Part shown: positions 63,603 to 64,000 of the stretch, one piece after another | Layout: each line of letters begins with the position of its first letter | Position numbering within the stretch: the first letter of the stretch is position 1 | Source: Candidatus Woesearchaeota archaeon | Lineage (GTDB): Archaea > Nanobdellota > Nanobdellia > Woesearchaeales > UBA10216 | Reading direction: 5' to 3' | Length of the DNA stretch: 64,000 bases | NCBI GenBank assembly: GCA_016192915.1 | Contig: JACPTF010000002.1 | Location: forward strand, 131,530 to 195,529 | Notes under the pieces: model-generated | Database searches by the model: none | What the model was told of the DNA's origin: nothing | The model's input: only the letters and a program-made list of their open reading frames with translations | Translations under genes and position numbers: made by a program

Positions 63603-64000
63603 CTAAGCTTCTGCAGCTGCCATTATCTCCTGCCCTGCTGTTTCCATCTTGGTTGTTATTGTTTTCCTCATGTCTTCTGTCATTTCTTCGAAAGGTATTT
63701 CCTTAAGGAGCGGCTCGAAGAACCCCTCTACGACGAGCTTTACCGCCTCGCTGCTTTTCAGTCCTCGAGTCATCATATAAAATAGTTTCTCCTTGTCAAG
63801 CTGCCCTACAGAAGCCTCATGAGAGGCCTTTACGTCGTAATTGTCTATCTCCAGCTTTGGTATCGGGGAGGCTCTTGCCGTGTCGCTGAGCAGCAGGATG
63901 TTTGCTTTCTGGTGCCCTTCTGAGTTTGCGGCGTCCTTCATTATCTTTGTGAAGCTTTGCACAATCGCCTTTGCCTTTCCCTTCAGCGCGCCCTTTATTC
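63603..64000 (-). CDS. SufB/SufD-family Fe-S assembly protein, C-terminal part (gene continues past window end)
   Basis: ...ASHEASVGQLDKEKLFYMMTRGL... is the conserved SufB/D C-terminal motif. Confidence 0.7.
   Translation of the reverse strand, partial: IKGALKGKAKAIVQSFTKIMKDAANSEGHQKANILLLSDTARASPIPKLEIDNYDVKASHEASVGQLDKEKLFYMMTRGLKSSEAVKLVVEGFFEPLLKEIPFEEMTEDMRKTITTKMETAGQEIMAAAEA

Noticed and set aside
1-64000. CRISPR array, diversity-generating retroelement or other reverse-transcriptase-linked system.
   Set aside because: No regularly spaced direct repeats were seen. No ORF carries RT motifs (YxDD), and no template or variable repeat pair is evident. The Cas4-like gene is solo.

Overview
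This 64-kb window is archaeal chromosome (archaeal-type PolD, Orc1/Cdc6, TFE, Hjc, PAN, aIF2-beta, FEN-1, RFC, Hef). GC is about 47%, and many proteins are secreted and Cys-rich with Q/P-rich linkers, which suggests an uncultivated, possibly DPANN-like lineage; that placement is low confidence. The window is dense in replication, repair and translation genes. In order: aIF2-beta, PolD DP2 and DP1, Orc1/Cdc6 with a candidate oriC, a TrmB-like regulator, TFE, Hjc, RNase Z, tRNA-splicing endonuclease, FEN-1, a Trm5-like methyltransferase, PAN, TldD/PmbA, TyrRS, a solo Cas4-like nuclease, RFC small subunit and an 868-aa coiled-coil protein. These are followed by three toxin-antitoxin pairs, a cell-surface gene cluster, Pelota, ADP-forming acetyl-CoA synthetase, a second TrmB paralog, a split Hef (separate helicase and nuclease genes), an M50 protease, TraB, a DUF59/SufT-like protein, tRNA-Gly(CCC), endonuclease III, dUTPase and an operon of NrdR, PduO adenosyltransferase and class II RNR (mini-intein at the catalytic Cys). 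The window ends with a secreted Zn-metalloprotease, endonuclease IV, a DUF1858-IscA fusion, a ferredoxin and a sufC-sufU-sufS-sufB/D cluster. The most unusual signal is a family of composite multi-hairpin repeat elements whose stems carry a single bulged A. I found at least five copies: two are inserted in-frame in essential genes (PolD DP2 and SufS, both encoding a shared ...QHNSA... peptide), one forms a roughly 200-nt leader before pelota, and two are intergenic. A second repeat family is a 10-bp-arm palindrome with a conserved ATCAAGAAACT tail, present four times at gene ends. Other notable points are a 77-nt tract identical between the two TrmB paralogs, an ORB-like element with AT-rich DUE next to cdc6, and a duplicated RNR C-terminal zinc ribbon encoded as a separate small gene. 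No CRISPR array, rRNA, reverse transcriptase or transposase was seen.
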